The notes under the pieces were generated by a model. The model saw nothing but the letters and a program-made list of their open reading frames with translations. It ran no database searches and was not told where the DNA came from. Both the position numbers and the translations under genes were made by a program. From positions 10,664,001 through 10,728,000 of the forward strand of contig CM060734.1 of assembly GCA_030704615.1 (NCBI GenBank): a stretch of DNA of 64,000 bases, read 5' to 3'. This document shows positions 46,215 through 60,265 of this stretch, piece by piece; position 1 is the first letter of the stretch, and every line of letters begins with the position of its first letter. This stretch comes from Takakia lepidozioides. Its lineage: Eukaryota > Plantae > Bryophyta.

Positions 46215-46790
46215 TCCTTGCTCCCTTCCTTTTCCTATTTGTGACAGATTCCTTGGGATATTTGTTAGAAAACAACTATGACACCCTGGGACTTCAGGTC
46301 TCTAACTATCATACACAACATCCGGCACAAATCAAAGACTCCATGTTTGTAGATGACACTCTTATAATACTGGAAGCAACCACAGCAAATCTCAACAGCA
46401 CATCATAAACTCTGGATTCATTTTGTTGAGCTTCGGGGTTCTCCAAACCTCCTCGCCTCTCAGACACTCATTATGGAACCCATCCTTTCGTTGGGTGACA
46501 CAAGGATTCAAACACAAATCGGCTGGTTCCTCTCTATGGTCGACCATCTGGCATGCATGGGGAAGGCTAAGATCTTTCCTCAAAAAATCAGAACCGCTAT
46601 CCTATGACGAAACCATGAGGCAACATTTATTTCTAAACATCAACAAACCATCTCAAGCTCAACGAACCCAGGCAAAAAGATGGTCTTCTTGGGACAGAAA
46701 TGGAGTCACTCAAGTCAAAGACATCTGGTTCAACCACTCATTTAAGGACCATACATCCATAGCATAAATCAAAGTTGGCAAGAATATAGA
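46215..46790 (+). mobile_element. Internally deleted L1 ORF2 fragment, opposite orientation to the adjacent L1
   Basis: LAPFLFLFVTDSLGY...MFVDDTL, a diverged paralog of 47270-47455; downstream WSTIWHAW...VTQVKDIW. Confidence 0.75.
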
Positions 46791-46899
46791 ATCATGCGTT
46801 TTCCATGTTACCTCTTATCTTGTCAACAAGCTCTTGTAAAGAAGTAGAGACCAAGGAAGGATCTCCGTGCGATGTAGTTTTATCTTTGGTTAAAAAGCT

Positions 46900-49308
46900 A
46901 CAGTCTCTGCTTCCCAAGTCTTACGATTGGAGTTGGATTCTTTGGCTCCCCAAACGAAGTTCCTAAGAAGAGCTCTGACCTGTTTGATTTGGGAAGGATT
47001 AGGTCGCCATGAGGATGAGAAAAACCAGAGCCCAACCGAGTGAATCTGGTGTACTGCCAATGCTCTGCCAATTATGGAGAGGTGCTTGGATCAGCCCAGG
47101 TAGGTTGTTGATTGGCCAGGCTCCAACCATGAGAGGCCCAAATTAGATCCCCACGAAGGGTGGATGCCTATGGAAGATCTGGCCAAATCCCCTGCTAGTA
47201 TTGCACTCGTTTTAGCCCAGTTTACTTTAAACCCCGAGGCCTGACAGAAGGAGTTACGAGTCTCCGAAGTACTGTTGAGGTTTTCAGAGGTGGCCTGTAG
47301 AATCAGTAGAGTATCATCAACAAACATTGAGTCCTTGATTTGTGCAGGCTGGTGGGTATGATAGTTTGAGACCTGTAGTCCCAAGATGTCACGGTTGTTT
47401 TCTAACATATATCCCAGGGAGTCCGCTACAAATATGAAAAGGAAAGGAGCCAGGGGGCAGCCTTGCCTGCCCGATTTGTGTAGAGGGAATGGTTTGGAAA
47501 GCTGCCCGTTGACTATAACCCTGCTAGACGAGTTGTGTAGAAGAATGCGCACCCATTGGCAGAATGAGTCCGGAAGGCCCACCTTGGTAAGGGTTCTTAG
47601 CAAGAATGACCACTCTACCCTATCGAAGGCCTTTTCAAAATTGAGAAGCAACAGTGCAATGGCCTATTCAGTTTTCTGAGCGTAGTGTGGAGCTTCTTGG
47701 GCCAGGAGGAGGTTATCCATAATGTAGCGGCCCTTAATGAAACCAGTCTGGTTGGGTCTGATTAGCCTAGGCAGCAGGGGTTGGAGTCGGAGCGCTATTG
47801 CTTTAGCAATGATCTTGTATGCCACGTTGAGCAAGGTAATGGGGCGGTAGTTAGATATGTTGGTACGGTCTCCTTTTTTGAAAAGAAGAGTGACCACCCC
47901 TTGAGTCATGAAGCTGACCCACCTGGAAGATGTGGTTTTCCATGGAGAGGAAGTCCTTAGAAATATCCTTCCAAAGGCTTTTGTAAAACTCAACTGGCAG
48001 CCCATCTAATCCTGGTGATTTTCCGTTGTGAAGCTTTGAGAGGGCTAGTTCTGTGAAGGGTCCTTCCAAAGAGGCAGCCAGGTCCTGGGAGAGAATGGTG
48101 GGGGTGGACAATAGGCAGTTCAATTGATGGTGGGAGAGAGTTGTATCTCCCTCAGTGACACTGCTGAAGAGGGATTGAAAGTGTGTACCTACTAGTGTTG
48201 CCATTTGTTTGGGAAAGGAGGCGCGGATACACCTGAGGTTTGGTCAATAAGTTCAGTGATGTTTTGGGAGGTTCTACGAAGCTTAGTTTTGTCAAATAAG
48301 TACTTTCTCATTTTTTCTCCCTTTGTTGACCAGTTGATACCTGCTTGAAGTTTTAGTTTCTGGTCTTGAGCTGACTGTAAGGACTCAAGGTTCTGTTTGG
48401 CTTGAAGATAGGTCATATATGTATGGTCATCACATCTAGGGGATTTTGACTTTAATTTGGCATACAACGAGACATTTTGTTAGGGCTTTGATTTTCCGGG
48501 AGCGGGCTAGGGCTAGGTTTTTGCTCATAATTTGAGTTGTGTTGCAGGTGGCTTTAAGCGTGGCTTCAAATCTGGAGGATGGGTCTAGAGCATGCGAGCC
48601 TGCTTGATTCCATGCCTGTAGAAGGCCTTGTTTGAAGGAGCTAAATATTAGCAGAGAGGAGTTTAGCTTATATTTGCCTCTCTCTAGATTGTGTAATGGG
48701 GATGTTGAGGGTTGCAAAAACCAGGGCATGGTCAAAGCCTTGTTGAATTGGAGTTTGAGGGTTTCTAGAGATCCATTGAACCAGGTTGAGAGACGTGTAG
48801 AATCTATCTAATCTAGCCATTTGAAGGTGAGGGAGGGGTCTGTTGTTAGTCCAGGTGAAAGATGGAAGGCTGGGGTTGGGAACAGAGGAGGTCATGATAG
48901 CTTCTGTGAGGTTATGGTTTTGATGAAGGGTATTCCAAGAATCTATTTCTACTGAGGATGGGTTTGTTGAGGATGGACCTCTGCGGTCTTGAAGAGCCTC
49001 CACCATATTGAAGTCACCCATCAAAATCCAACTATCCGGTTTGTTGTGTCTTTCATTTTGCAATCTATGGCTGTCCAGAATTCTGCCTTGTCTACAGTAG
49101 AGTTAAGAGCGTAGATGTTTACTATTCCTAGAGAGCCTGCATTGTTGGGCAGATTGATGGCACAAAATTGGGCTCTCCCAGGGATCCATGAGGCCTCTGA
49201 GACCATGAGAGCGTGGATAGAAGGAGAGAGGAGCAGGGCAGTGCCTCCCCTTGAGCCTGGTGCGAGGCCCAGTCCACGAATATTCCAGGAGTTAAGCCTA
49301 ATTAGCAT
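46900..49308 (-). mobile_element. L1 LINE ORF2 (AP endonuclease plus RT), degraded
   Basis: SWNIRGL, GDFN, ARLDRFY, DHALV, SPGLDGLPVEFY, NYRPITLLN, FEKAFDRV, RQGCPLAP, FVDD, YLG. Confidence 0.9.
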
Positions 49309-49449
49309 GATGGGGGAGAGAAAGGGCTAGAGGGTTACTCACATTTGATGGCCCGGGAGGATCATAACAAAATTTGACCCTTTTATCTGAGGGAAGTAAA
49401 GTGTTGACCAAGTGGAATCCATTGGGGGGTTTTGAGAGAAGTTTTCTAA

Positions 49450-49855
49450 CACTACAACAGATTGCGGCTTTTACAACTCTGTGTTATGACTGCAAATGCA
49501 GTTATGAAAGCCATTTACGACTTCATGACTCTGCAGTCGTAAAACCCTAGTCAATTGTGGCATGGCAGATATGACTCGCCAGCCTGGTTGTGACGTGGCG
49601 CCTGAGCAGCTGTGGGGGTAGTCATACACGCTGGCTTTACTGAATGACTGAACGGGTCCATGTCAGCCGCTGTGTAAGAGAGACACGTGCTCTCTACAGA
49701 ACACGCCACATGTCAGACTGCGACGCCATCCCGACTGCAGAGGAGGGAATCAGACGTCAGCACGTATCGCATCGTGATTTTGACACGTGGTTCCTCATGT
49801 CAATTGACACGCGTCGCTGTGGGGGGGGGGGGGAATTTATTGTTATTATAATTAC

Positions 49856-49891
<36 letters not shown>

Positions 49892-52800
49892 TGACCAACA
49901 TGGGACAATGGCACATTATTAAATAACGAATTTTTGAAATTATATTCTTAGATAAAATATTTATTCGCTCAGATACCAAAACACACCCTTATGGGGAAGG
50001 AGAGTTTGCCTTAGTGCCTATGCTGAATTGCGTCTGCTACTCTCTGTAATCTAATCGGCATTCACCTTTTTGCCTCTGTTGTCCCACCATTGACTGGGGT
50101 CAGAAAAGTTCATTCCACAGCTTCTCCTCATCTCTATTACCTGTTTATGGATACTTTCCTATTGTCACTTTGGCAGTATCATGTCAAAGTCACTCCAAAC
50201 TATCTACCATCTACCCATGACCATCTATCCATGCAAGTTTCTTGTAGCTATCCTTCCACAGGGAATCATCGGTAATCTGGAGCTTGAAATCCGGCTCTCT
50301 TGGATGATCTGGACCCACACTCTATCCCTGCTCCTTCAGCTATCCATGCCTCTGCACAGATCATGCATATATCCTTGCATTGCTATTAGCAGCTGATAAT
50401 GACAGCCTACACTTGTTCCAGCAAATACCCAACTCAACTTATCACACTAGTTCCTATTCTCAATTGCATCTGCTACTCTATGTAATCCAACAGGCATTTA
50501 CCTTTTTGCCTCGGTTGTCCCACCATTGATTGGGGTCAGAAAAGTATTCATTCCACAGCTTCCCCCCATCTCCATTAACTATTTTTTGATACTTTCCTGT
50601 TGTCACATTGGCAATATCATGTCAAAGTCACTCCAAACTAGATTCACTCAACCAGCTAACTTGCAGACATTGAAATTTAGGGCCGGTTCTGATAAGAGGG
50701 AAAAACAGGGTGAAATGTGTTGAAGAAGGTGCATTTATTAGCAGTGCCTCATTTTATCAATTGTGCCGCTACTCCTGCGGCTTCCAGTTCACCATCTACC
50801 CATGCAGGTTTCTTATAGCTATTGATCCACAGGTAATCATAGGTAATCATGTGCTTGAAATCTGGCCCTCTTGGATGAATCTGGACCCATACTCTATCCT
50901 TGCTCTTTCAGCTATCACTGCTTCTACACAAATCATGCATATTTCTTTGCCTTGCAGCTGATAATGACAGCCTAGATTTGTTCTAAGAAACACCCAACTC
51001 AGCTTATCACGTGCTAGTTCCTATGCTGAATTACGTCTGCTCTTTATAATCTAACAGACATTAACCTTTTTCCCTCGGTTGTCCCACCATTGACTGGGGT
51101 TGGAAAAGTATTCATTCCACAACTTCTCCTCGTCTCTGTGACCTGTTTCTGGATACTTTCCTGTTGTCACATTGGCAGTATCATGTCAAAGTTCAGATTG
51201 ACATCTAGTACAATTCCAGCTTGGACGATGTTACCACAAACCTCTTTGCTATTTTGCAGGGCTGCCAGGCTTGCACACATGTTGCAAACATAACAAACGC
51301 GATGTGGTTGCGCTGCATTATCCCTTCCCACACCACTTGCTCATAGACCTCCCCAAAGGGCCTCCATCCCGCGCCGCTGTTGTGCATATCCTGGGATCAT
51401 CATCCTTCATGCACCCCAATTTGGCATACAAGTCCACAAGGGCATAGTTCAGAACAACATTTGTTTAATTCCAGCTTGGACGATGTCATCACAAACCCCA
51501 TCTTCACTCATTGCGTACTCTAGTTAAGTGCAATTATGGGCTAGGCTGGTACCACATCTCATTCAGCCATATTATCAAAACAGCCATGTATCCTTGTAGC
51601 TGCACCCTGCAACCTTGACATACATGTCCACTACGGCAACGTTCAGAATCACATCAGATACAATACCAGCTTTGACAATATCACCGTGGACCTCTGAACC
51701 CTTTTCCAGGGCTGCCAGGCATGCATTTGACATACATATCCACCAAGGCAGTGTTTAGAGTGACATCTAGTGGTACAATTCCAGATTTGATGATGGACCT
51801 TTGCGTCCTTTCCAGGGCTACCAGGCTCGCATTTGACATACATGTACACCAGGGGAATGTTCAGAATGACATCAGGTACAATTCCAGCTTTGATGATGTC
51901 ACCATGAACCTCTTGGCCCCTTCCCAGGGCTGCTAGGCTCGCATATGCATATTAACAAACACAAATGAACATGACCTGGTTTGGCTTCATCCTTTCCCAC
52001 ATCATTTGTTCTTAGGTTTCCAAAGCCTTACTCCCACACCTATGCTACACACACCTTACAATCACGGCAGTCCACAACACCACATCTCATTTAGCCATGT
52101 TGTTGAACTCTCCCTTTGCATCAGGCTTGCTGCACCCACATTTGGCATACATATCTACTAGGGCAGTGGTCAGAATGACAACTAGTACAATTTCAGCTTT
52201 GACAATGGCACATGGCCAAGAGATATCCCAATATCCTGCCACCAATGGGTTCAATGCATACTCTTATCACATTGGCAGTATCATGTTAAAGTCACTCCAA
52301 CTAGATTCACTCAACCAGTTAACTTGCAGAATTCAACATGAAAATTTAGGGCCAATTCTGATAAGAGGGGAAAATAAGGTGAAATGTGTTTCAGAAGGTG
52401 CCTTCATTAGCAGTGCTTGATTTTATCAATTGTGCCGCTGCTGCTGTGGCTTCCAATTGACCATCTACCCATGCAGATTTCTTGTATCTATCATTCCACA
52501 GGGAATTATAGATAATCTGGAGCTTGAAATCTGGCCCTCTTCCACACTCTATCCCTGCTCCTTCAACTATCTATGCCTCTGCACAAAATCATGCATACAT
52601 CAATCATTCCAGCAAACACCCCCAACCCTACTTATCAATGAGCAACGAGCTAACTTACATAATTCAATATGCATCTCAGGGCCGAGTCTGATGAGAGGGC
52701 AAAACAGGCTGAAATAGGTCGAAGAAGAATCCATAGAGGATTTGACCGACCATCAACCCAAAAGGACCTCTTGTGTGTGCTGCTTGTGTCTTGTAGTCAG

Positions 52801-54188
52801 GTAATGTCGGATTGGTCTGTGAGAACCAGCACGGTGCAGATGAGCAGGCAAAGATTGAAACACAGCCTGCTAAGACCAAGCTGACTCTCCCAAGAACCTT
52901 GAAACATCAGGAAGAATACCAAATCATGGTACTCACAGGAGCCAACAACCCACATTTGCAGGATGGACAAACTTCTTCACATCGTACATTAAGGAAAAGC
53001 CACACCTTGCCATTGCGGTTGTCGCACCATCCTGAAGGATCTTTAAAAATCTCATGCCAGCTCTGCTTCGTGCTGCAAATGAAGGGCCGAGTCTGATGAG
53101 AGGGCAAAACAGGCTGAAATAGGTCGAAGAAGAAGGTGCCCTCACCACATTGTCCTCAACCTTGTGTCATGACCCATGGAGGATTTGACTGACCATGAAC
53201 CCCAAGAGGACCTCTTCAGCGTGCTGCTTGTTTCTGTAATCAGATAATGTTGGATTAAAAAAAACTCAAGGTGCAAAAGATTTGAAAAAAACACATCGGC
53301 TGGAGGTACACAATGCGTCGCCCCAGTGGTTCAGGGTCAAATCCGCTGCCCTGCCCCGTGTGTGGGATTGTTCGTGACGATATGTTTGGGCGTTGATCGT
53401 CCTGTAGGTCTCAGGGCCCAAATGAAAGGGGGTTAATTTTCCCCCCTCCTAAAGCGCCTGAGGCTTCCTTTAAAAATGTTAAAAAATAAAATAAAAAATT
53501 GCTTATAGGGTTTGCAAGAAGGTTAAAAAACTTAAAAAGTTGCCCATCACGGTAGCCGTGAATAGAATTAGAGTGAGCGGGAAGGAGGGAGATAGAGAGA
53601 GAGGGCTGGGACTTAGCGAGAGCGGGAGGGAAGGCAAACATGCATGGGAGGCCGCAGTTGGAGCAACCTTCGCATCTGAAGCAAGCAACCCTAGAAATGC
53701 TAAGGTATGTGTGCGAGGAGGTTTTGGCTGGGAGCTCGCCGTTCTTGGGAGAGTCAGCTTGGTCTAATCATTCTAGTGGTTAGAGTCTCCGACATTTTTT
53801 CAAAATTTAAATACTGATATATTATATATATAACCAGGAAAGCATGTGCCGACAAGTGCAATCATGTAGTGATTCATCCATGTGATGATATGACAGAATG
53901 CATTAGAGTGAGAGTCATGAAGTCATATGTCCGTCTAGCAATTTACGCACGTCATTCTAGTGTAGGTATGACCGTGACTGGTAGTCATATCTGCCATGCC
54001 AATATTCGTGGTCAAACATGTTTGATCTGTGTTGCGCAGAGTCCGGAGTCATGCAATCGTATATAAGCCTTCCCCGGACCTGCGTTATGACTTCAAAAGG
54101 CATCTACGACTTCAAATGGCATTTCTGCCACAAATCTGTCATGACTGCGCAGCCATGGGAGTCATAAAAGCCGCAATATGTTGTAGTG
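49450..54188. mobile_element. Non-autonomous CACTA (En/Spm) element inserted into the L1 ORF1 3' end
   Basis: TIR CACTACAACA(G/T)ATTGCGGCTTTTA; TAA TSD at 49447-49449 and 54189-54191; subterminal ATGACT/AGTCAT repeats; interior made of degenerate duplications; no transposase seen. Confidence 0.92.
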
Positions 54189-54191
54189 TAA

Positions 54192-56541
54192 TGAACATCA
54201 TATCGACAGTAGGGGTTTGGCTCAATTGGTTGGAAGTGCTCGTAAATTGGCCCTGGTGCGGCTGGATGGCTGAGATAGAAAGGAGACGGGTGGCTGTCTG
54301 GAAGAAATGTGCAGGCAAGTCAAGTTGAAATGCGGGGAGGGAGGTATTAGCTTTTTCGTTATGCATGTAAGGCAAAGGTAGCGAGACTGGTAGATGGATT
54401 GATGGGATTCTCCTGCAAGCTGTCTTGGCACCCTTGTGTTTATAACATAACAACCAACATCTTTTTGAGTAGTGCCTGTCCAAGTAATAAATGAAACAGG
54501 GGGCAGGGTGAAGAAGAACCTGGCCCTCTGAATTGCTTTGTTCCTTGGTGGATATGTCTGGTGCTGGTACAGGTGGCTCCTGGGTTGATCCTCCCAACGA
54601 GAGATTAGCCGGAGAGATGGGGCTGACTTATCACCACCTGGTTGGTGTTGGCTGGTGCTGGTACCTCCGATCCTGCCGAGACTTTCCCCGGCAGTACACG
54701 GCCCCAAGCCCCAAAGTGCTCCCTGGCATCTCCAACAAGCAACACTGGTATGAAGAGGATGAAGATGGGTTGATTCGAGCTCCATACAGGTAGTCCCTCG
54801 TTCTTTGCAGGTCACCTCTGTGGTTTTCTTCGTCGATTTTTGCCGCCACTATGGCCTCAAGAATAGAGAATGCGTTTGCAAGCGTGTCCCTGTAATCTGG
54901 GCTTTATCTTGCTGACCCCTCTTGGCTCTACAAGAATACTTTTCTTGACCCAAATTGCTCCAGTGGGTGGTGGGACCAGGTAAATGTCGGCTTCCTCCAT
55001 TAATGCCAGGATATGCACTGCTGGGTTGCAGCTGAGTCCAGGGAAGTTTTCCAAAAAGGAGTCCCAAAAGACTTTTGTGGTACCCGCCAAATGGTAGTGT
55101 AGGAGGAAAGACATCAGGAAATCTTGGATTTTTTTTTCTGAGCATGCACTCCGGGCAGGTACTGGGTGGACAGTCTGCAATGAAATGCTGAACATCTTGC
55201 ACTGTGATCCATAATGAGGCAAAATCCTCCCATGCAGATTCTGTAACTATCTAAAGGGACTGTGGGGGTCCTTTCCTCAAAACTAACGGAGTGATGCATG
55301 AGGCCTTGGGGATGTCTTCAGTGTTGATCTCAGAGGAGCAGCGGAGAGGAAGGTCTGGAAAAGACTTGATACCTCTAAAGATCTTTGCTATCGCAGAGTG
55401 GCTGGCGATCCCAGTCAGAATTGTGGAACTTGACGGTGGCACATTGGGAAGGATACCGGAGTCCGCTAGAGGTGGAGTTTGGGAAGGCAATGCCCCCCCC
55501 ACTGGAATCCATTTTCCTTTGGAGTTCCACGAAGCCTTTTTTGGTGAAGCTTCCACCCTCATAGGTTCAGAATCATGTCTTAGCTTTTTGTTGACTTTGA
55601 GGGAGGGGATATGACACCTTTCGCTGATCCCTCCCCAGAAACCAGGCAGGCAGTCTCGATGGTGTGGTGCCTTCCTGCTGGGTATTCGATGGGGGGGTTG
55701 ACTGATGGATTTTGACACCGGATCTTTTTTTTTTTCCTTCTTTGCACTCTGCTTTGATGTGGCCCAACTTGCCACAGTTGAAGCATGCTCGAGATGATGT
55801 ATCTTCAATGAGCCTGATAGTGTAGTAATTGCCCGCCTCGTCAATGGGTAACCTCACATAAGGCGGGAGAGTAGCCTCATTCAACATCATCAATACAAAT
55901 TTTGCCTTCCAGAGTCGTTTACTCTTGAGGCAATGGTAGTGGATCTCCAAGCAGGATCATTCCCGATGTTATCCATGCTCATGAAGGGGTGATATGCAAC
56001 CTAGATAGAACCCAAAATATGGTTGGCTATATCCGGGAGGTTGAAAAGATACTAGTCTGGGATGAATGGGACAGACACGATTCTGGGTCCCTACAACTTG
56101 CCATACGGTTGCCCATGATTGATGACCAGGGAAAGATGTTAACATTGAACCCATGTAGATGAGGATTGAAATTGAGGGCTTGAACAGCAGCTGCTTGGGA
56201 TTCAAATGCAATTGAAAAGAAGCCCCTACCCTTTGAGTGACATAAGTGCTGTTTTAGTACCCCTGCTCCCCCCAAGTGGCGGATCGCCCAATCACGAACG
56301 AATGCCCTGCTGACATTTCTCCATGGAAAGTGAACCAGGATTCCCCTTTCTTCCAATGATTCCACTCTTTTGTGCATGTTGGGTACATCCATGGCGACAA
56401 GATCCCATTCCCCATCCATGGCCTCCTGCTCTTCCACGTTTTCTTTGATAAGAATGCGTGATCGTCCTGGGGTGTGTTGTCCACGGCTGGAGCAAGATCC
56501 GCCTGGCCATTTTGTACCATCTGCCGTGAGGTTTGTATCAC
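54192..56541 (-). mobile_element. L1 LINE ORF1 (RRM-like/DUF4283-type region plus CCHC knuckle), frameshifted
   Basis: KGRGFFSIAFES...FNVNIFPW; RACFNCGKLGHIKAEC; the frame continues across the empty CACTA site to overlap the ORF2 ATG. Confidence 0.75.
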
Positions 56542-59500
56542 GGGAGCCTGGCCTCCTGACAGTGGGCTGATGTGAAAGGATTGACTGTGCCTGGTGGGCC
56601 AGGAAAAAGCCGGTTCTTTATGATGGTTGCTGGCGAGTGACCAATGGAGTTCTGGAGGGGCCTTGACGAGAGCGTTTCCAGGAATTGGAGGAACGACGGA
56701 GCTGAGAGGCGTTGAAAGGGCAGATACTGGAAAGAAGGGAAGGAGGGCCAGAGTTAAGGAGGGAGCGATTAGGAGAAACTGAAAATGTGACTAAGTGTAT
56801 GGAGCTGGAAAGAGTGAGAGCGGGAGAGAGAGAGCTTAGTGTGCGAGTGATAGATAGTGAGAGTGGGGGAGGGTGACGAGGGGGCTGGATTCGACGGTGG
56901 GAGGGCCCGACCAGGTGGCAGAGGTGAAGTTATTCGTCATGAAGTTGACGGCTACTGCAGGCTCTTTGGAATCCCGATACGGATGAATAGCGCCGCTTAC
57001 TTGTGGGAAAGTTAAGAGAGAGAGCTGGGATGAAGAGGTGATGATGGGGCTCTTGAAGTTTTAGAAAGATGATTCCCGTCGTTATGATAATGCAAAACTG
57101 AATTAAAGTTAGTATTCTTAGAAGCTAATGCTTCAATGGTCTGGAATCTGCTAACAACCCATTCTAAAACTATCTGGAGATAGTCGATGTAGGCGCTTGA
57201 CGGGACCGTTGGGGGCTCTCTCTCACCGCAAACTACCGAGCTCCTACATCGCTGCTTATCTTCCCTCATTATCAACATTTCAAAGTTCAGTTTGGTCAAA
57301 CGTTTTCAAAATAGTTTAAAAAAACAAAGTTTTGAAATCAAACGGTGGTATGACCGGCGGTAGACGGTGACAGATAGCAACCTCGCCGTCGCCGTTCGTT
57401 GGCGCTGCGCTGCTGCTTTGCACTTTCGTGCTGCGCGCAAGAAGATCTGCTTCCCGACACACATCACAATAATCCAAGACGGAGAGTGTTCAAGTTCAAG
57501 AGTAACGGAGTTGGTGCTTCCTCGCTCCTTCTTTTCTACGGACATATTCATACCGACAGTGCCATCAACACACTTTCCCCGACATAGCTATATCAGCTTG
57601 CTGTTGGATTTGCTGGGCACATTATCGATAGATTCCCGAACCCACATTGAAGGTCTTGGGTGCTGACACTTCTCTTTCGCCGACTAATAGCTATCCAGCA
57701 GAATACCGACAGTACTGGGGTTGGCTAGCGCTTGGAACGTGCTCTGTAAATCTTCCTCTCACACTGAGTTTCTGCGTTCGAGCTTCTCTATCCGACAGCT
57801 ACAAGGAAACCCCCTCTTACCAGAACTTGCTGTTGTCATGCATTACCGATCAATCAATCTTCTAGCTCCTCCGTGCCCAGCTACAAAAGAGCACTCAATT
57901 TGTACCCGCATATTCTCGTAGTTCTGTTCTCCCTGTAGCACCAGATGTACATGATACTGATGGTGGCGGGGGGCCGTCCAACTGCAGGAGTACGTTGCCC
58001 AATTACCCCGTTGCTTTGGCGGAGGCTGATCACCATACCAGGTTCAAGTACGTGTGGAGCTTCCAACAGGACTTTTGGACCGCCAAAACCGCCCCCCAAC
58101 CCCCATGTCTCAATGAACGATGGTCAGGAAAGCATTCACACGATAACGCAGGCATATGCTGAGGGTGATGGAGAAGCTTCCCACTTGATTTGGCCGGACG
58201 AGACGACGAGACGCCCATGACCCCTAGTCCCGTGCAGAAGCATGAGGAAGGTAGTGTCAGCCGGACTGCCCTAGCCTCGGTAAGGATCTCCTCATAGACA
58301 GAGGTTGATCATGGATATGGTACAGGACCCTGCAACCTACGGTCGAGACATCCTGGGCGAAGACCAAGGATAACGAAATTGGTTCTTGGAGGCGGCCACC
58401 TGGTGTCATCCAGTCCAAAAGGGGGTGGGGTGATGGAGGTAGTTCCGTCTTGAGATGGCCGCCTACTTCGAGGCCGTGGTGATGGTGCTAGTTCCTGGAT
58501 TGAGGAGGGGCATGCTTGATAGAAGATGTCGCGATGGCCTCCTACTTCCCAGCTTCAGTAATGAGGGCCAGACCGCTAACAACCCATTACTCATTCAAGC
58601 ACCCGTGGTTAAGTCAGTTCGGGGAGTTAGATACCCAACGACTTTTTGAAATATTCTGTGCAAAGGCAAAGATCGACTCTCGATGAGCGCAATACTTGTC
58701 GGCTCGCGCTAGCAATCCAGAATCACTGTTGTCATCCACATTCATGAACAATGTTGTATATACGGTTGGCCGCGTGTCCACATGTGCACCAAATATGTTC
58801 CTGATAGTTACAGAGAATAGACTTTGACAATCATTTACATTCAAAGGAAACTTAAAAACTGATCTTCATGCAAACTATTCTCGGACTACATATAAAAAGT
58901 TGACCAGGCTGATGAGTCTTTATCTCTGTGTGCTGTTCCAGGAAAGGCATGTTTCGTAGTTCCCCAAAAAGACTTAAGCTCTCTCTACTATTATCTATAG
59001 GATTGTGCCAAGCCGAACATGGAACGAGGAATGTTTCCTTGGAACTTGCAAAGATGCAACCACCTCCTGGGAGAGAGAGACCAACCACCAGGCATAAGGG
59101 GAGGGAGTGTTTCGCCTTGCCCATCGGCCTTGTCACCATGAGAAATTGAGTGAGAAAGAGACTCACGGAATAGCTTCGGTACTGATCACAGAGTGCCCAA
59201 GAAAAAAAGGGACCTGTGTCAGTTTCCCACCCAAGCCTGCAATTCAAGCTCTTGCAGTCATCACTAACATTATGCTCAACAAACTTAGTATGCAGAAGGT
59301 GGACAATGTAAGCTGCCAACCTTTTCATTTGATAAATGTAGAGCTCCACCATCTCTCTCTGTGTCTCTCCAATGTCCCCACTCCTGCCTTACAAGGGGAA
59401 GAATACCGAAGACCTCTTGCAGGCTGGAGGGCGTGCAGTCTTGCAGGCATTTGCACTTCAAGATCTTGTTGGCTATAATTGACTAGAGTAACATCCACTC

Positions 59501-60265
59501 AATTCATGCCAACATTACAGAAGCCGACTCCACAGAGCTGAATGGGGAATCCTTAAACTTCCATGGAACACTCAACCACAACACCAGGTTATAAACAGTT
59601 TAGCATACATATCTTGCTACAAAAGATCAGACTCCAAACAATGCATGTAAGGGAAAAAAATTCCCCTAGGACTTATGCACAGCATTAAACAAAACAGCTT
59701 TTTCCCTTTATTACCTTGGGAGGATCGTTGCTCTAGAAATACCACTGCTGCTCCCACAAAGATGTGGAAGATACATATTTACACAATTCCAAAGAAAATT
59801 GCAGGCCTCGAAGGTCAGCACTCTGGCTATGATCTAGTACATGCAAATCCATCGGCGAAACTTGACAAACCGCTGGCTCTCCATTTGATTGTAAATATGA
59901 CTTGGGGACTGCTATTCTGGTCTTCTCATTATCAGATGTGGGCCAGCATGGTGATGAAAAAAGGTATGATTACTCCTGAATCCAAACTGAGATCCCCCTT
60001 CTAGTAAGCGGTGAACCGAGCACAGTTACCTCCAAGTTACAAGGAAAACCCTTAATACTTATTGCAACGATGATTAGTTTCAGAAGACAGATGTCCCTCG
60101 ATGTGAATGAGCTACAAATGGTTGTATTATGCACCACCTTTTGACTGTCACTTGGCTCGTTCTGCGTCCAGAGCAATATGAAAATCTGTATTGGCCCATC
60201 CAAAACTTGCCAGGTCATTGGAAACAACCTTCCGTTGCTCTTTTGAGTTGAAAATCACAAGTAGG

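Noticed and set aside
46215-47650. Twin-priming inversion of a single L1
   Set aside because: The two opposite-strand pieces cover the same RT segment and are clearly diverged, so they are separate copies.
57000-59500. Coding-like short ORFs between the L1 and MCEE
   Set aside because: No recognisable motifs in the frames read; probably decayed fragments.
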